From: Chiloscyllium plagiosum
Lineage: Eukaryota
DNA length: 44,676 bases
NCBI RefSeq assembly: GCF_004010195.1
Contig: NC_057719.1
Location: 13,129,302-13,173,977 of the forward strand
Reading direction: 5' to 3'
Under the pieces are notes generated by a model. That model saw only the letters and a list, made by a program, of their open reading frames with translations. It did no database searches and was not told where the DNA came from. The translations under genes were made by a program, and so were the position numbers. Below, piece by piece: positions 23,535-35,180 of this stretch (position 1 is the stretch's first letter; each line of letters begins with the position of its first letter).

Positions 23535-23866
23535 GGGGTGGCACAGTGGCTCAGTGGTTAGCACTGCTGCCTCACAGCACCAGGGACCTGGGTTTGATTC
23601 CACCCTCGGGGGACTGTCTGTGTGGAGTTTGCACATTCTTCCCGTGTCGGCGTGGGTTTTCTCCTGGTGCACGGTTTCTTTCCACAATCCGAAGATATGC
23701 AGGTTGGGGTGGATTGGCTGTGCTAAATTGCCCCACAGTGTCCAGGTATGTGCAAACTGGGCGGGTTTAGTCATGAGAAATGTAGGGTGGAGGGGTGGCA
23801 TGCTCTTCACAGGGTTGGTGTGGACTTGATGGGCTGAATGGCCTGCTTCCACTCTGTAGGGATTTT
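23535..23866 (+). mobile_element. HE1-like SINE
   Basis: GGGTGGCACAGTGGCTCAGTGGTTAGCACTGCTGCCTCACAG head; GGCCTGCTTCCACTCTGTAGGGATT tail. Confidence 0.9.
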
Positions 23867-24224
23867 GACATATTGATATTATTCAAGGCAGCAATGGAAC
23901 TGGTTTCCTCATCAGGGGTGACAGCCAACATCAGATACCCGCTGTAAACTTGCAAAGCTGCACCCCTGTCATATTCCTTCAACCTTTGTAAACATCTTGA
24001 CTAGATCACCATTTGCTTTGCGGAAGTTTGAGGACCGTGAAGAATTTTGGAGCCCCGATTACTTTGTTATGAGGTCTTGTTGTAGGGGGCTATTCAGGTC
24101 TGTCTAGTCTCACAAAAGTATGTAGCTCAGGTTATTGATGGTCATTATTTGCAGCTCAAGATGTAAAATAGATTGGACCATCACAGCAGGTTACAGTTTC
24201 TGCTTCGTTCATGTGACTCTGACT

Positions 24225-24400
24225 CTACCTCACTCCCACCCCCATCCCCACCTTCCTATTTATCTCTCAGTCCCCTTCACCTTCCCCCCCCTCCCCACCC
24301 CACATTCCTGATTAAGAGCTTATGCCCGAAACGTCGACTCTCCTGCTCCCTGGATGCCGCCTGACTTGCTGTGCTTTTCCAGCGCCACACTTTTCGACAT
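24225..24400 (+). mobile_element. PLE terminal repeat fragment
   Basis: C-rich tract followed by ATTCCTGATTAAGAGCTTATGCCCGAAACGTCGACTCTCCTGCTCC (mutated hammerhead core). Confidence 0.8.
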
Positions 24401-24584
24401 CACACACGTTTCTGATGCTAACCGTGTGACTCAGCAAACGTTTCTGAAACTGTTTCGACGTGATGCATTCATTCCCTGGCACCTCACAAAAGGGGGATTC
24501 ATCCTTGGCAAGTTATTGTGCGGACGAACTTGTGCACAGAGTCCTGTCCCTGTCTTTAAATTCATACACAAAACGTGAGCATTG

Positions 24585-24900
24585 CTGCCTGGGACAGCAT
24601 TCATTGCCCATTCCTAACTGTCCGCAGGATAGTTGAGCGTCAATGACATTGTTGTGAGTCTGGAGTCACATGTAGACCAGATCAGATGAGCACGGCAGAT
24701 TTCCTTCCCTGAAGGGCATTAATGAATCAGGTGGGCGTTCCCCTCTTGACAATTGACAACATGATTACCATTAGACTCCTGATTCTTATTGGATACCTGT
24801 TTCACCATCTGCTGTAGTAAGATTTGAACCCAAATCCCCAGGAACAGGCCAGAATCACTGGACTGATAGTCTGCTGCCAATAACACTAGGCCGTTGCCTC
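24585..24900 (-). mobile_element. Second SINE family copy
   Basis: GTCTGGAGTCACATGTAGACCAG...GGCAGATTTCCTTCCCTGAAGGGCATT is the reverse complement of the 6887-6970 domain. Confidence 0.75.
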
Positions 24901-25603
24901 CCTAGTCTGGTGAGGATGCGGTGGTGTGATAACTTGCGTGACATTGCTAGAACTTGGCAATGAAGTAGACAGGAAGTCTGATGACCACACTGACTCCCCC
25001 ACCATTTTGTTACACACGTATTAAAACTGTTGCTTTTGCTGCTTCTCCTACTCCGTCTTTCCAGCATCCTCGACAATGTGGCTCTCTGTATAAAGAAAAC
25101 TCAGCTCAGTGTCTGCCAACTTATCTCTTGCCATCTCGTGTCCCACAGCTTTCGTTTGTTGACAGCCTGCTTGTTTGTCAAGGACAATGAGAGAAGTTAA
25201 CAGCAAAAGATTGAAAGTGACAGTTGGCAAGACATTCAGAATAACTGAACACAAAGCCAGATATCTGAGAGGGAAGTCTAATCCGCTCTATACTCTATTC
25301 TCCACAGTGCACGACACTAACAGGTCAGTAGTTATTACTTTCCCAATCAACTGGGTAGCCTTGGCAGGGACATTGTGCGAGAAGAGAATATGACTTTGGA
25401 CTCTGAGGGACTTGTGGATGGTGATTGTTGTTTAATAATCCATGACACCCGCCTCCCCCCTCATGATATGGAGCAGTTAAAATCTTTGGAGACAGTTTAC
25501 ACAGCATCGACATTACGTACAAGTCTCACGTTTCTTAAATATTGATGTATTGCAGGTTTATTTCTTCTGCTCTGTGCAGATTTCCATTACCAATCTCTAC
25601 TTT

Positions 25604-25814
25604 AATGAGAAAGTGAGGACTGCAGATGCTGGAGATCAGAGCTGAAAATGTGTTGCTGGAAAAGCGCAGCAGGTCAGGCAGCATCCAAGGAACAGAAGAA
25701 TTGACGTTTCGGGCATAAAGTTCCTGAAGAAGGGCTTATGCCCGAAACGTCAATTCTCCTGTTCCTTGGATGCTGCCTGACCTGCTGCGCTTTTCTAGCA
25801 ACACATTTTCGGCT
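25604..25814. mobile_element. Fold-back PLE micro-insertion
   Basis: Inverted arms centred ~25720; perfect 13-bp TSD CAATCTCTACTTT at 25591-25603 and 25815-25827; hammerhead core 25724-25751 (+). Confidence 0.9.
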
Positions 25815-25929
25815 CAATCTCTACTTTGCCCAATCGCCATTTCTGATCCCCTAACACCCCACACAAACACATACACTGACACATATAGGTACACACACAT
25901 GTATACATAGGCACACACAAAAACACAGG

Positions 25930-27765
25930 GCCAGTAGAACTGAAGGGAAGAAAGGATAGTGAGGTACTTTATTAGTACATGATGGAATCAGTACCATAGC
26001 AAGAAATGGTTATGGATCAGAAGATATAGAATCCATATTGATGGAGATAATAACTAGCAAGTGGAAGAAGACACTGTATGAGTAGTCTGTAGACTCCCTA
26101 AGAGTTCCTATACAGGGGGATAGAGAGTAAGCCAGGAAATATTGAGGACATGTAAAAAAAAAGGCAGTATTTTAAGCATAAACGACTTTCATCTTCATGT
26201 AGATAGGGAAAATCAAATAGGCAGAAGCAGCCACAAGGAGGAAATCATAGAGTGTATTTGGGACAATTTCCTAGATCAAACTGTTGTCGATTCAACCAGC
26301 GATCAGGCTATTTCAGATCATGTGATGTGTAATGATCACAAATAAAAGATCCCTCAGGGAATAGTGACCTTTAAGGTCACTATTCCCTGAGGGATCTTTT
26401 ATTTGTGATCATTACACATCACATGATCTGAAATAGCCTGATCGCTGGTTGAATCGACAACAGTTTGATCTAGGAAATTTAATGCTCATTGAGAAAGAAA
26501 ACTTGGGTCAGAAAGAGCTATGCTAAACTTATATAGGGGTGATTCAGAAGGAATGAGCGCCGAGCTGGCTATTATAGAATGGGAAAGGAGTTTAGGAACA
26601 CAGACATATGAGGAACAATGGCATACATTTAAGAAAATAGTTCATGGCTCACAGCAAAAATACATCCTAGTGAGCAAGAGGAATACTTGAAAGGGGGGAA
26701 CCCAAGCCTGATTAACCAGGGAACTTAACGATAGCACCAAACTAAAAGAAAAATCTTACAATATAATAAAGATTAGTAGTAAGCTAGAGGATTGGGAAAG
26801 GGTTTAAACAACAACACAAGATGACCAAAATATAATAGAGTGGGAGAAAATAAAATTGGATGGTAAATTTGCAAGTAATACTAAGATGGGCAAAAAGAAC
26901 TTCTTTAAATCCGTAAAAAGGAAGAGAGTAGCCAGAGTGAAATAGGCCTTTTAGAGAATAAGGGGAATTAATGATGGCAGACTAGGAAAGGTAGAGAAGT
27001 TGAATAAATATGTTGCATCAGTCTTCACAGTAGACAACACTATTAATATTCCAAAATTATTAAATATTTAAGGGGCACAAGGAGGACAGGAAATAAATAT
27101 AAGAACTATCACTAGAGAAAAGATACTAGGTAAAAAAAAGGGCGCCATGGGACCTGATGGGATGTATCCTAATATATTATAATAACTAGTTACGAAGAGG
27201 ATGTTTTCCCTGGTTGGGGAGTCTGGAACCAAGGGTCACAGTCTCAGGATTTGGGATGGGCCATTTTGGACTGAGATGAGAAAACATTTCTTCATCAGAC
27301 AGAGCTCAAACTGTGGAGCTCCGTGCCACAGAAGGCCGTGGAGGCCAAGTCACTGAGTATATTCAAGAAAGAGATTGATAAATATTCAGGCTTTAAAGGC
27401 ATCAGTGGACAAGGAGGGAAAGTGGGAACATGGTGCTGAGATAGAGGATCAGATGTGTGCATATTGAATGGTGGAGCAGGCTTGAAGGACTGAATGGCTG
27501 ACTCCTTCTATTTCTGTGTTTCCAATGACACAAATAGAGGATTGGCTAAGTAATCGAAGATGGAGAGTTGGAATGGGAGGGGAGCATTTTCAGGTGTCAC
27601 TGGTGGAATACCACAGGGCTTACAACTGCAGCCACAATTATTTACAATGTATATTAATGACCAGGATGATGATAATGAATGTACTATCACCAGGTCTGCA
27701 TGTAACACAAAAATAGGTGGAAGGCAAGTAGTGAGGTTGACATAAAGAGTGTGCAGATGGATAAG
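25930..27765 (+). mobile_element. Decayed long CR1 LINE (endonuclease to RT) with nested CR1 3' end at ~27200-27520
   Basis: INDFHLHVD..ECIWDNFLDQ (26142 ORF, APE domain); GPDGMYP at ~27149; GGIPQGLQLQPQLFTMYIND (27560 ORF). Appears to resume at 28601 and 29355. Confidence 0.8.
26265..26479. repeat. Perfect inverted repeat, 107-bp arms, 1-nt spacer
   Basis: 26265-26371 is the exact reverse complement of 26373-26479 (checked base by base). Confidence 0.97.
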
Positions 27766-27769
27766 ACCA

Positions 27770-28600
27770 GAAGAAATAGAAACAGCAGAAGGCTGTTCAT
27801 CCCCTTGAGCCTATTTTGCCACTCAATTGCATCACTACAGATCTGACATCCCTCATGTCCATTTTTCTGCCCTTTCCACATAACCCACGAATCTCCTAAT
27901 GATCAAGAATATATCCATCTCAGCCTTAAAAAACCACAAGGACTCTATCCCCACCACTCTCTGTGGCAAGGTGTTCCAAAGTCTCACAAAGTTCTGAGAG
28001 AAGAAATTCCTTCCTATCTCAGTCTTAAATTGACACCTCTTAATTCTGAGACTACGCCCTCTGGTTCCATGGGGGGGGGGGGAGGGGGGGGAGCGGGGGG
28101 AAACATCCTGTCAGCACTTACTCTGTCAAGCCTTTTAAGAATCTTTGATGTCTCATTCTTCTAAACTCTAATGAATAGAGTCCTAACCTGTTTAATCTTT
28201 GCACATAACTCAATCCCTCAATAATAGGGATCATCTTAGTGAATCTTCTCTGAACTGCCTGCAATGAAATCATATCTTCCCTTAAATAACGGGACTAAAG
28301 CTGTTCCCAGTACTCCAGATGTGTTCACACCAGCATCTTGTACAGTTGCAGGAAGACATCCCTTCTCTTATTCTCCAACCCCCTTGAAATAAGGATCAAC
28401 ACTCCATTTATCTTCTTGATGCCCTGTGTACTAGTTTTTCGTGTTTTGTGCACAAATACCTCCAAGTCCCTTTGTGTTGCTACTTTCTGCAGTTTTTCTC
28501 TATTCAAACACTACCCTGTTCTTTTGTTCATCCATTCAAAATAAATAACTTCACATTTTCCCACATTATACCCCATTTGCCAACTTTTTGCACACTTGCT
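27770..28600 (-). mobile_element. CR1 LINE 3' part, nested antisense
   Basis: WQMGYNVGKCEVIYF (28511 ORF) and QRDLEVFVH..FLQLYKMLV (28325 ORF); same subfamily as 7295-8030. Confidence 0.85.
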
Positions 28601-28638
28601 AGATAGAGACAGGTCAGTTTGAGTTGAAAAAAGAAACA

Positions 28639-29352
28639 GGTAAAAACAATGACAGCAGATGCTAGAAACCAGATTCTGGATTAGAGTGGTGCTGGAAAAG
28701 CACAGCAGTTCAGGCAGCATCCGAGGAGCAGGAAAATCGATGTTTCGGGCAAAAGCCCTTCATCAGGAAAGAGGCAGAGAGCCTGAAGGGTGGAGAGATA
28801 AATGTGAGGAGGTGGGGATGGGGAGAAAGTAGCATAGAGTACAACAGGTGAATGGGGGTGGGGATGGAGGTGATCGATCAGGGAGGAGGGTGGAGTGGAT
28901 AGGTGGAAAGGAAGATAGGCAGGTAGGACAAGTCATGGGGACAGTGCTGAGCTGGAAGTCTGGAACTGGGGTGAGATGGGGGAAGGGGAAATGAGGAAAC
29001 TGTTGAAGTCCACATTGATGCCCTGGGGTTGAAGAGTCCCGAGGCGGAAGATGAGNNNNNNNNNNNNNNNNNNNNNNNNNNNNNNNNNNNNNNNNNNNNN
29101 NNNNNNNNNNNNNNNNNNNNNNNNNNNNNNNNNNNNNNNNNNNNNNNNNNNNNNNNNNNNNNNNNNNNNNNNNNNNNNNNNNNNNNNNNNNNGTGGACCT
29201 GACCAGGTAGTCACAGAGGGAACGGGGTCTTTGCGGAAGGCGGAAAGGGGTGGGGAGGGAAATATATCCCTGGTGGTGGGGTCTGTTTGGAGGTGGCGGA
29301 AATGTCGGTGGATGATTTGGTTTATGTGAAGGTTGGTAGGCTGGATGGTGAG
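28639..29352 (-). mobile_element. Penelope-like element 3' part with N gap (29056-29192)
   Basis: ORF 28933-29406: RHFRHLQTDPTTRDIFPSPPLSAFRKD...LIFRLGTLQPQGINVDF (linker and end of the GIY-YIG domain), then pLTR. Confidence 0.88.
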
Positions 29353-29354
29353 CA

Positions 29355-30057
29355 AAAAAACCTGGCTAATAGAATACAATATGGGAAGTTGTGAAGTTAT
29401 GGGCACTGCCAGGAGAATAGAGGAGCTAAATATTCACTAAATGGAGAAAGGGTGCAGAAAGCTACAGGACAGAAGGATTTGTGAATCCTCATGCATAAAC
29501 CAATAAAACTTAGCCTTTTTGTCCAAAGGCAATGGAATATGAAACTAGGGAAGTCTTGCTAAACCAAAATAAGGCACTAGTCAGACCATAACTGGAATAC
29601 CGGGAACATCTGTGGGCTGCTGACAACAAGTGTGGAAAGCCTGTCTTATGAGGAGAGGTTGAGTAGGTTGGACCTGTACTCATTGGAATTGATCAGAATC
29701 AGAGATGACCTTATTGAAACAGTCAGGATTAACAGGGTAGATGCACACCAGTTGCTTGCCTTTGTGGGAGAGTCTAAGACCAGAGGGCGTGATTTCAGAG
29801 TAAATGTAGGACAGACATAAGGAAGATTATTTTTCTATCAGAGGGCAGAAAACCTGTGGAATTCTTTACCATTGAAGGTTGCAGAGGTTGGATTATTACA
29901 TTTATTCAAGACTAAGACAGTCAAATTTTTAACCGGTAAGGGAATCAAGGATTATGGGGGTAAATTGGGAAAGTGGAGTTGAAGATGATCATGTTGAATG
30001 GCGGAGCGGGTTTGGTGGGCTGAATGGCCTACGTCTGGTCCTTTGTTTTATGGTCTT
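29355..30057 (+). mobile_element. CR1 LINE 3' part
   Basis: LSYEERLSRLDLYSLE..RDDLIE (29632 ORF); tail GGGCTGAATGGCCTAC...TTATGGTCTT. Confidence 0.85.
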
Positions 30058-30308
30058 ACAAAATATCACACACATACTTCTCTAACCTACGTGGAAAGAG
30101 CTTATGAACAACTTGAAACAAAAACACAAATCTCTGGAGGAACTCAGCAAGTCTGGCAGCACCTATGGAAAGAAATCAGAGTCAATGCTTTGGGTCCAAT
30201 GACCCTTTTTCAGCACTAATAGTGGTCAGGGAAAGGTGGTGTATATTTTGAGGACAGTAGGGTGGGGAAAGGAGGTTAAAGGAATAAGCGATAGTTGCAG
30301 ATGGAGTC

Positions 30309-30311
<3 letters not shown>

Positions 30312-30339
<28 letters not shown>
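30312..30339. repeat. (GA)n microsatellite
   Basis: About 14 AG units. Confidence 0.95.
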
Positions 30340-30342
<3 letters not shown>

Positions 30343-30519
30343 GCTTCAACTTTAGTCATTATTGATAACTCCAGTCCCCTTCCTGTTTGTAGTTTTGCTT
30401 CATAACTGCTCTAGTGAATAATTCTCAACCTTTAATTGCTGCCCTTTTCCCCTTCTATGATGTTTCTTGACTTTGGCTGAAGGTGTTTCCCCATAGTCCT
30501 CTGGTTTTCTCTTGGTATT

Positions 30520-31155
30520 TAAGGGAACAGTAGCAGATAATAACACGAGACCAGTAATGCAGAGGCCCAGACTGACGTTCATTTACATCCTACAGCAGAG
30601 GAGCTCAAATCCAGCAAATAAATATATCTGGAAGCTTAAAGTTTATGTCAATAGCAGTAACCGTGTAAATACTGCCCATCTTAAACATTCAACTGTTTCA
30701 TTAATGTCCTGTCGCGAAGGAATTCCATCATTTTCACCTTGACTGGTCTACAAATGACTGCAGGCCCATAGCAATGTGGGAGCCTCTCAACTGTTTGCTG
30801 CAATGGCTGCTTGTCGAAGGGTAATTTTTTTCTATTCATTCATGGCTTTGCAGGCTAGGTCAGCATTTATTGCCCATCCCTAATTTGCCAGAGATTCAAC
30901 CAAATTGTTTCAGGTCTGGATTGCATGTGGGTCAGACCAGGTAAGGATGGCAGTTTCCTTCTCTAAAGGGCATTAATGATCCAGATGGGTTTTGCCCACG
31001 ATGGATTCATGGCTATCATGAGACTGTTAATTCCAGATTTTTATTGAATTCAAATTCTACCATCTGCTGTGGCAGAATCTGAACTTGGCTCGCCGAACAT
31101 TAACTGGATCCCTGGATTAACAGCCTAATGATAACCCCAATCAGCCATCACCTCT
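30520..31155. mobile_element. Two adjacent copies of the second SINE family, tail to tail (30520-30800 +, 30825-31155 -)
   Basis: TTAATGTCCTGTCGCGAAGGAA (+) and GGTAAGGATGGCAGTTTCCTTCTCTAAAGGGCATTAAT (-). Confidence 0.7.
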
Positions 31156-31734
31156 CCCTCAGTGCTTGGAGATGGCCTGGAAATGCTGGGCTTGCTAACA
31201 AACCTCACGATGCCAGGGAAGATTAAAATGAGTGAAATGTGATATCCAGATGGCTTGTTGGAATGTGCCTTTGGTCAGACACAAGGCTTTGCTGTGCCAT
31301 GCATCTCTGTCTGTTACCTTTGTTAATTGTTTTGCCGAACCATACATAGCTGCTCCAGAACGTTTTGGCCAGGCGTTCGGTTTGTCACAACCAGTAAATA
31401 AAATCAAAATTACTGACAAAAGGTCAAGCACCTAATTTCCTGTTGTTAAAGCTGATTAATTTCCCTGATTATGTCTGACATTTGATTGGCTGGGTTAATG
31501 TGTTGTCAGCAGGAGTAAGGCAGTAAATCTCATGGTAGTCCTTACATGGTAATTGTATATTAATCTACTGGAGGCCAGGAGCTGCTGCTGAATACAATCC
31601 TCAGATTATTGATTTAATTGATTGCTTGGACCTTCTGAGTGTCATAGCGCAGACCCAAGGCAGGAGAGGGAATGGGGTGGAGGTGGTGGTGGGGGAACTC
31701 AGGGCACATCCTGGCACTCACTCAAAGTGAGGAA

Positions 31735-32113
31735 GACCCCACATGTCCCTTAGTTAAGCTCTTCTCCCTCCTGCCATCTGGCAGAAGATACCAGAGCATT
31801 CGGTCTCTCACAGTCAGACTGTACAACACTTTCTTCCCCCAGGCCATCAGGCTCCTTAACACAGTATGATCGGACTCTTTCCCATCTGAAATTCTTTGCA
31901 CGACTTGGAATTGCTGCTAGAACAATGTTTATTAATTATCATTCTTTTATTACACTGTAATTTGCGTATTTTGCACTTCTTATGCACTTTATGCCACCCT
32001 TTGTATGATCATGTAGTTTGTGCTGTCCATGTAGCACCTTGGTCCTGGAGGAACGCTGTCTCATTTGTACTGTATCAGTTGTATATGGTAGAAATGACAA
32101 ATACTCTACTCTA
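31735..32113 (+). mobile_element. Rex1/Babar-clade LINE 3' end
   Basis: DPTCPLVKLFSLLPSGRRYQSIRSLTVRLYNTFFPQAIRLLN* is the characteristic Rex1/Babar C-terminus; 3' UTR ends ATGACAAAT(ACTCT)n. Confidence 0.85.
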
Positions 32114-32462
32114 CCCTAAAACAAAAGAAACTGGCATGCACTAATTTCCTCACACAGGATGTGTGTGCCTGGCATGTTTTGCCCATCATGCACTTGCTCC
32201 AGTTAGGTGAAACTTTTTCTTTCATTTTCGCTCTGCACAAGTTAAATAAAAATCCCTTCGTTCAACAGTGACAAACTGGAAATTTTCTTTTAGGTGATTT
32301 TATCCCTTAGGTTCGGAGACGGAGAAGGACAATTGGTGCAATCCTACATAAATCTGGAACCTTGATTGAGAATTTTAAATGAAACAGCTTTGAATGCCAA
32401 CTGGATTATTAATGTCCTTCAGGGAAGGCAAGCTGTCTTCCTGACCTGACCTGGCATACATG

Positions 32463-33170
32463 TGTTATGAAGATGTGGGTGTACTGTACCTTTAAGAGAG
32501 TTAAAAGCTAGCAGAACTACCTGACAGCACAGAGTGTTCTGAACAAGACTTAATGTAACCTTTTGGTCCAGCAGCTATGTAGCTGGTTGCCTGGAGACAA
32601 AAACAAATTTGAATTAGGCCAATCAGTTCAAATTATGCCCCCCCCAAAATACCAAACTCCAATCAAGTTTGAATTGAGTATATTGACAATATTAAAACAC
32701 AATCTGGTGCTTTGGGGATATAAGACCATGAAAAATTGAACATTTCGGGGAGAACTGCTAGAAGACCAACAGATGTAGACTGGTAGTCAGAACTCTCTGA
32801 GAGGTATCTGTCTAGAGGAGGAGTGTGCACAGAGACAAACATCAACATTGACCTGGAAAGCAAATCTACAGAGCAAGATATAAAGAGAAGATTCAACAGC
32901 TGGCTGATTTTGAAATTTGAATTTTTCAGTAAATCCTAATCGGGGGTTTTATCGGTATTATAAAAGGAAGAGTAAAAGATAGGTTAGAGGAAGGAGTTGT
33001 AAATAGTTGTTAGTTAATTATTCCCTGTTATACTTTAAGAAATAATGTTGTTAATTTTTACTTTAAATAGTTCTGGGCCTCTCGAATTTTCACAGATTAC
33101 TGCATGGGATAAATCTTTTCAATGTTTCTGGTTTAAATTAAGCAGGGGGGGTTTACCCTGAGTCATAATA
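32463..33170 (+). mobile_element. Solo LTR (Gypsy-like), same family as 12873-13606
   Basis: TGTTATGA...TCATAATA termini, CATG TSD at 32459-32462 and 33171-33174; CCAATC boxes and TATAAG (~32718); inserted in the second-family SINE (..GGCATACATG|TGACTCCA). Confidence 0.85.
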
Positions 33171-33218
33171 CATGTGACTCCAATTCCCTCCCCAACGGCA
33201 TTTTGTGACTTAGAGCAT

Positions 33219-33525
33219 GGCAGTGTGGCACAATGCCTTAGTGGTTAGCACTGCTGCCTCACAGCGCCAGGGACCCAGGTTTGATTCCAATCTCAGGTAA
33301 CTGTCTGTGTGGAGTTTGCATATTCTCCTTGTGTCTGTCTGGTTTCCTCCCCCAGTCCAAAGATACATGGGCTAGGTGGATTGGCCAGGGGAAATTACAT
33401 GTAGTGTGCAGGCTAGGTGGGTTCGCCATGGGAAATACAGGGATAAGTAAGGGGGTGGGTCCGGGATAGTGGTCGCTCTGGGTTTGATGGGTCAAATGGC
33501 CTGTTTCCACACTCTAGGGATTCTC
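33219..33525 (+). mobile_element. HE1-like SINE
   Basis: AGTGGTTAGCACTGCTGCCTCACAGCGCCAGGGACCCAGGTTTGATTCC head and GGCCTGTTTCCACACT tail. Confidence 0.88.
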
Positions 33526-33974
33526 TGAGCCTAAACACTTGTACAGTTTGATGAGACTTACGTTCTGCACAGCTTTAATCTCAACATGTAAGGTAGAATT
33601 CTAATCTCTGAACAATGTGGGGGAACATTTTGAGGACTAATTTTGTACATTTCAGTATACTCAGCTGTTTTATCTTGGTTTTAATTCATAACCAATGCTG
33701 TGAAGGTCATGTTTCTGCCCTCTATGACTGAGGAATTGATGGATTATTTGTGTATCTGCGTCATCATGGGGAACTGCCAACCTACACACCACTGTGTGCA
33801 CAGTCCATACCATGGACTGCAGTGATTCAAAAAGGCACCACAGCCCTGTTAACAGCAATGAGTGAAGGCAAGAAATACTAGCCAGCCAGTGACACTTATG
33901 TTCCACTAGGTAAACAAAATTTCCACAGCGATGTGGTTGACTCTTAACTGCCTTCTTGGCAATTAGTGATGGGA

Positions 33975-34105
33975 ATTCCTGTTGAAGGGCTTTTGCCCAA
34001 AACGTTGCTTTTCCTGCTCCTCAATGCTGCCTGATCTGCTGTGCTTTTCCAGCATCATACTCTCAACTCTAATTTCCAGCATCTGCAATCCTCAATTTTG
34101 CCTAG
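33975..34105 (+). mobile_element. PLE terminal repeat fragment
   Basis: ATTCCTGTTGAAGGGCTTTTGCCCAAAACGTT...CCAGCATCTGCAATCCTCAATTTTGCCTAG. Confidence 0.8.
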
Positions 34106-34171
34106 TCAATGCTGGTCCATCAAGTATTGCCCATGTCTAATGAACAATCAAAAAAGAGTCCTGCTCCCACT

Positions 34172-34602
34172 TAGAGTCATTGATTCCTACAGCACAGAGA
34201 CAGGCCCTTTGGCCCAAGCTGATCCATGCCAAACAAAATGTCCATCCACGCTAACCCCATTTCCCTGCACTTGGCCCATATCCTTCTAAACCTTTTCTAT
34301 CCATGCATTGTCCAAATGCCTTTTAAACACTGTTAATGTACCTCCCTCAACTACTTCTGCTGGCAGATCATTCCATATACGTACCGCCCTCTGTGCAAAG
34401 AAATTGCCCCTCAGGTTCCCTTTTATTCTTTCCCTTCTAACCTTAAACTGATGCCCTCTAGTCCTCGATTACCCAATGCTGGGAAAAGGATTGAATACAT
34501 TCACATTGTTCATGCCTCTCATGATCTTATACATCTCTATATGGTTCCCCCCTCAGTCTTCTACGTTCTGAAGAAAAAAGTCCTAGCTTGTCCAATTTCT
34601 CC
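34172..34602 (-). mobile_element. CR1 LINE 3' end
   Basis: AGAGTCAT..ACAGCACAGAGACAGGCCCTTTGGCCC tail and TTGCCCCTCAGGTTCC body, as at 3918-4238. Confidence 0.85.
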
Positions 34603-34779
34603 CACTTGACTACGTACCTGGCTTTGATCAATTTGCTGTAATTAACTGGTCAGGAGCAAATTATCTCAGGAGCAAATTGTCCTATTCAGTTCAAATGTCA
34701 TTGTAATTAGTAAGTATTGCACCAGTCTTATCTGTGTCAATTTGTTGTGATGAACTGTGTTTTTCTACCCCTCTCTACT

Positions 34780-35180
34780 CTTTCAGTGGATGTGGGCTTT
34801 GCTGACAAGGCTAGCATTTGTTAAAAGTCTAATTACCCTTGAACTGAGTGAACAAACTTGTCATTCAGGGCAGTTAAAAGTCAACCGCATTGCTGTGGCT
34901 GTAGAATCACATGTTTGGAAGCATGGTAGATTTCCTTCTCTAAAGGAAATTGGTGAACAAGATGTGTTTCATGATGAAGGTTCCTGATGAAGGGCTTTTG
35001 TCCGAAATGCCAATTTCCCTGCTCCTTGGATGCTGCCTGACCTGCTGTGCTTTTCCAGCACCACTCTAATCCAGACCCTAGATGTGTTTCATGTCAACCC
35101 ATAATAGATTCATGGTTACCATTACCAGGAGTAGCTTTCAATTCTTGACTTGATTCATTGAATTCAAATACCCCACCATG
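34780..35180 (-). mobile_element. Second SINE family copy interrupted by a PLE repeat (34974-35079)
   Basis: GGGCAGTTAAAAGTCAACCGCATTGCTGTGG core; PLE flanked by perfect 14-bp AGATGTGTTTCATG at 34960-34973 and 35080-35093. Confidence 0.8.

Noticed and set aside
23535..23610. tRNA genes at SINE heads
   Set aside because: A/B-box-like heads run directly into SINE bodies and no complete cloverleaf is evident.
23542..23800. CACAGTG heptamers as V(D)J recombination signals
   Set aside because: They lie within SINE sequence, with no properly spaced nonamer and no V or J segments.
25034..25200. Strong polypyrimidine tract plus CAG at ~25064 as a coding exon start
   Set aside because: All three frames hit stops without a recognisable protein or a clear donor; a non-coding exon cannot be excluded.
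27770..30057. Antisense and sense CR1 pieces meeting at about the same RT position as a single inversion event
   Set aside because: The two sides have different 3' tails and appear to be different subfamilies; nested insertion is the simpler explanation.
30400..30582. ORF with signal-peptide-like start and basic KRKPE..AKVKK segment (faintly HMGN-like)
   Set aside because: The N-terminus lies in a SINE, the HMGN RRSARLSA core is absent and there is no splice support.
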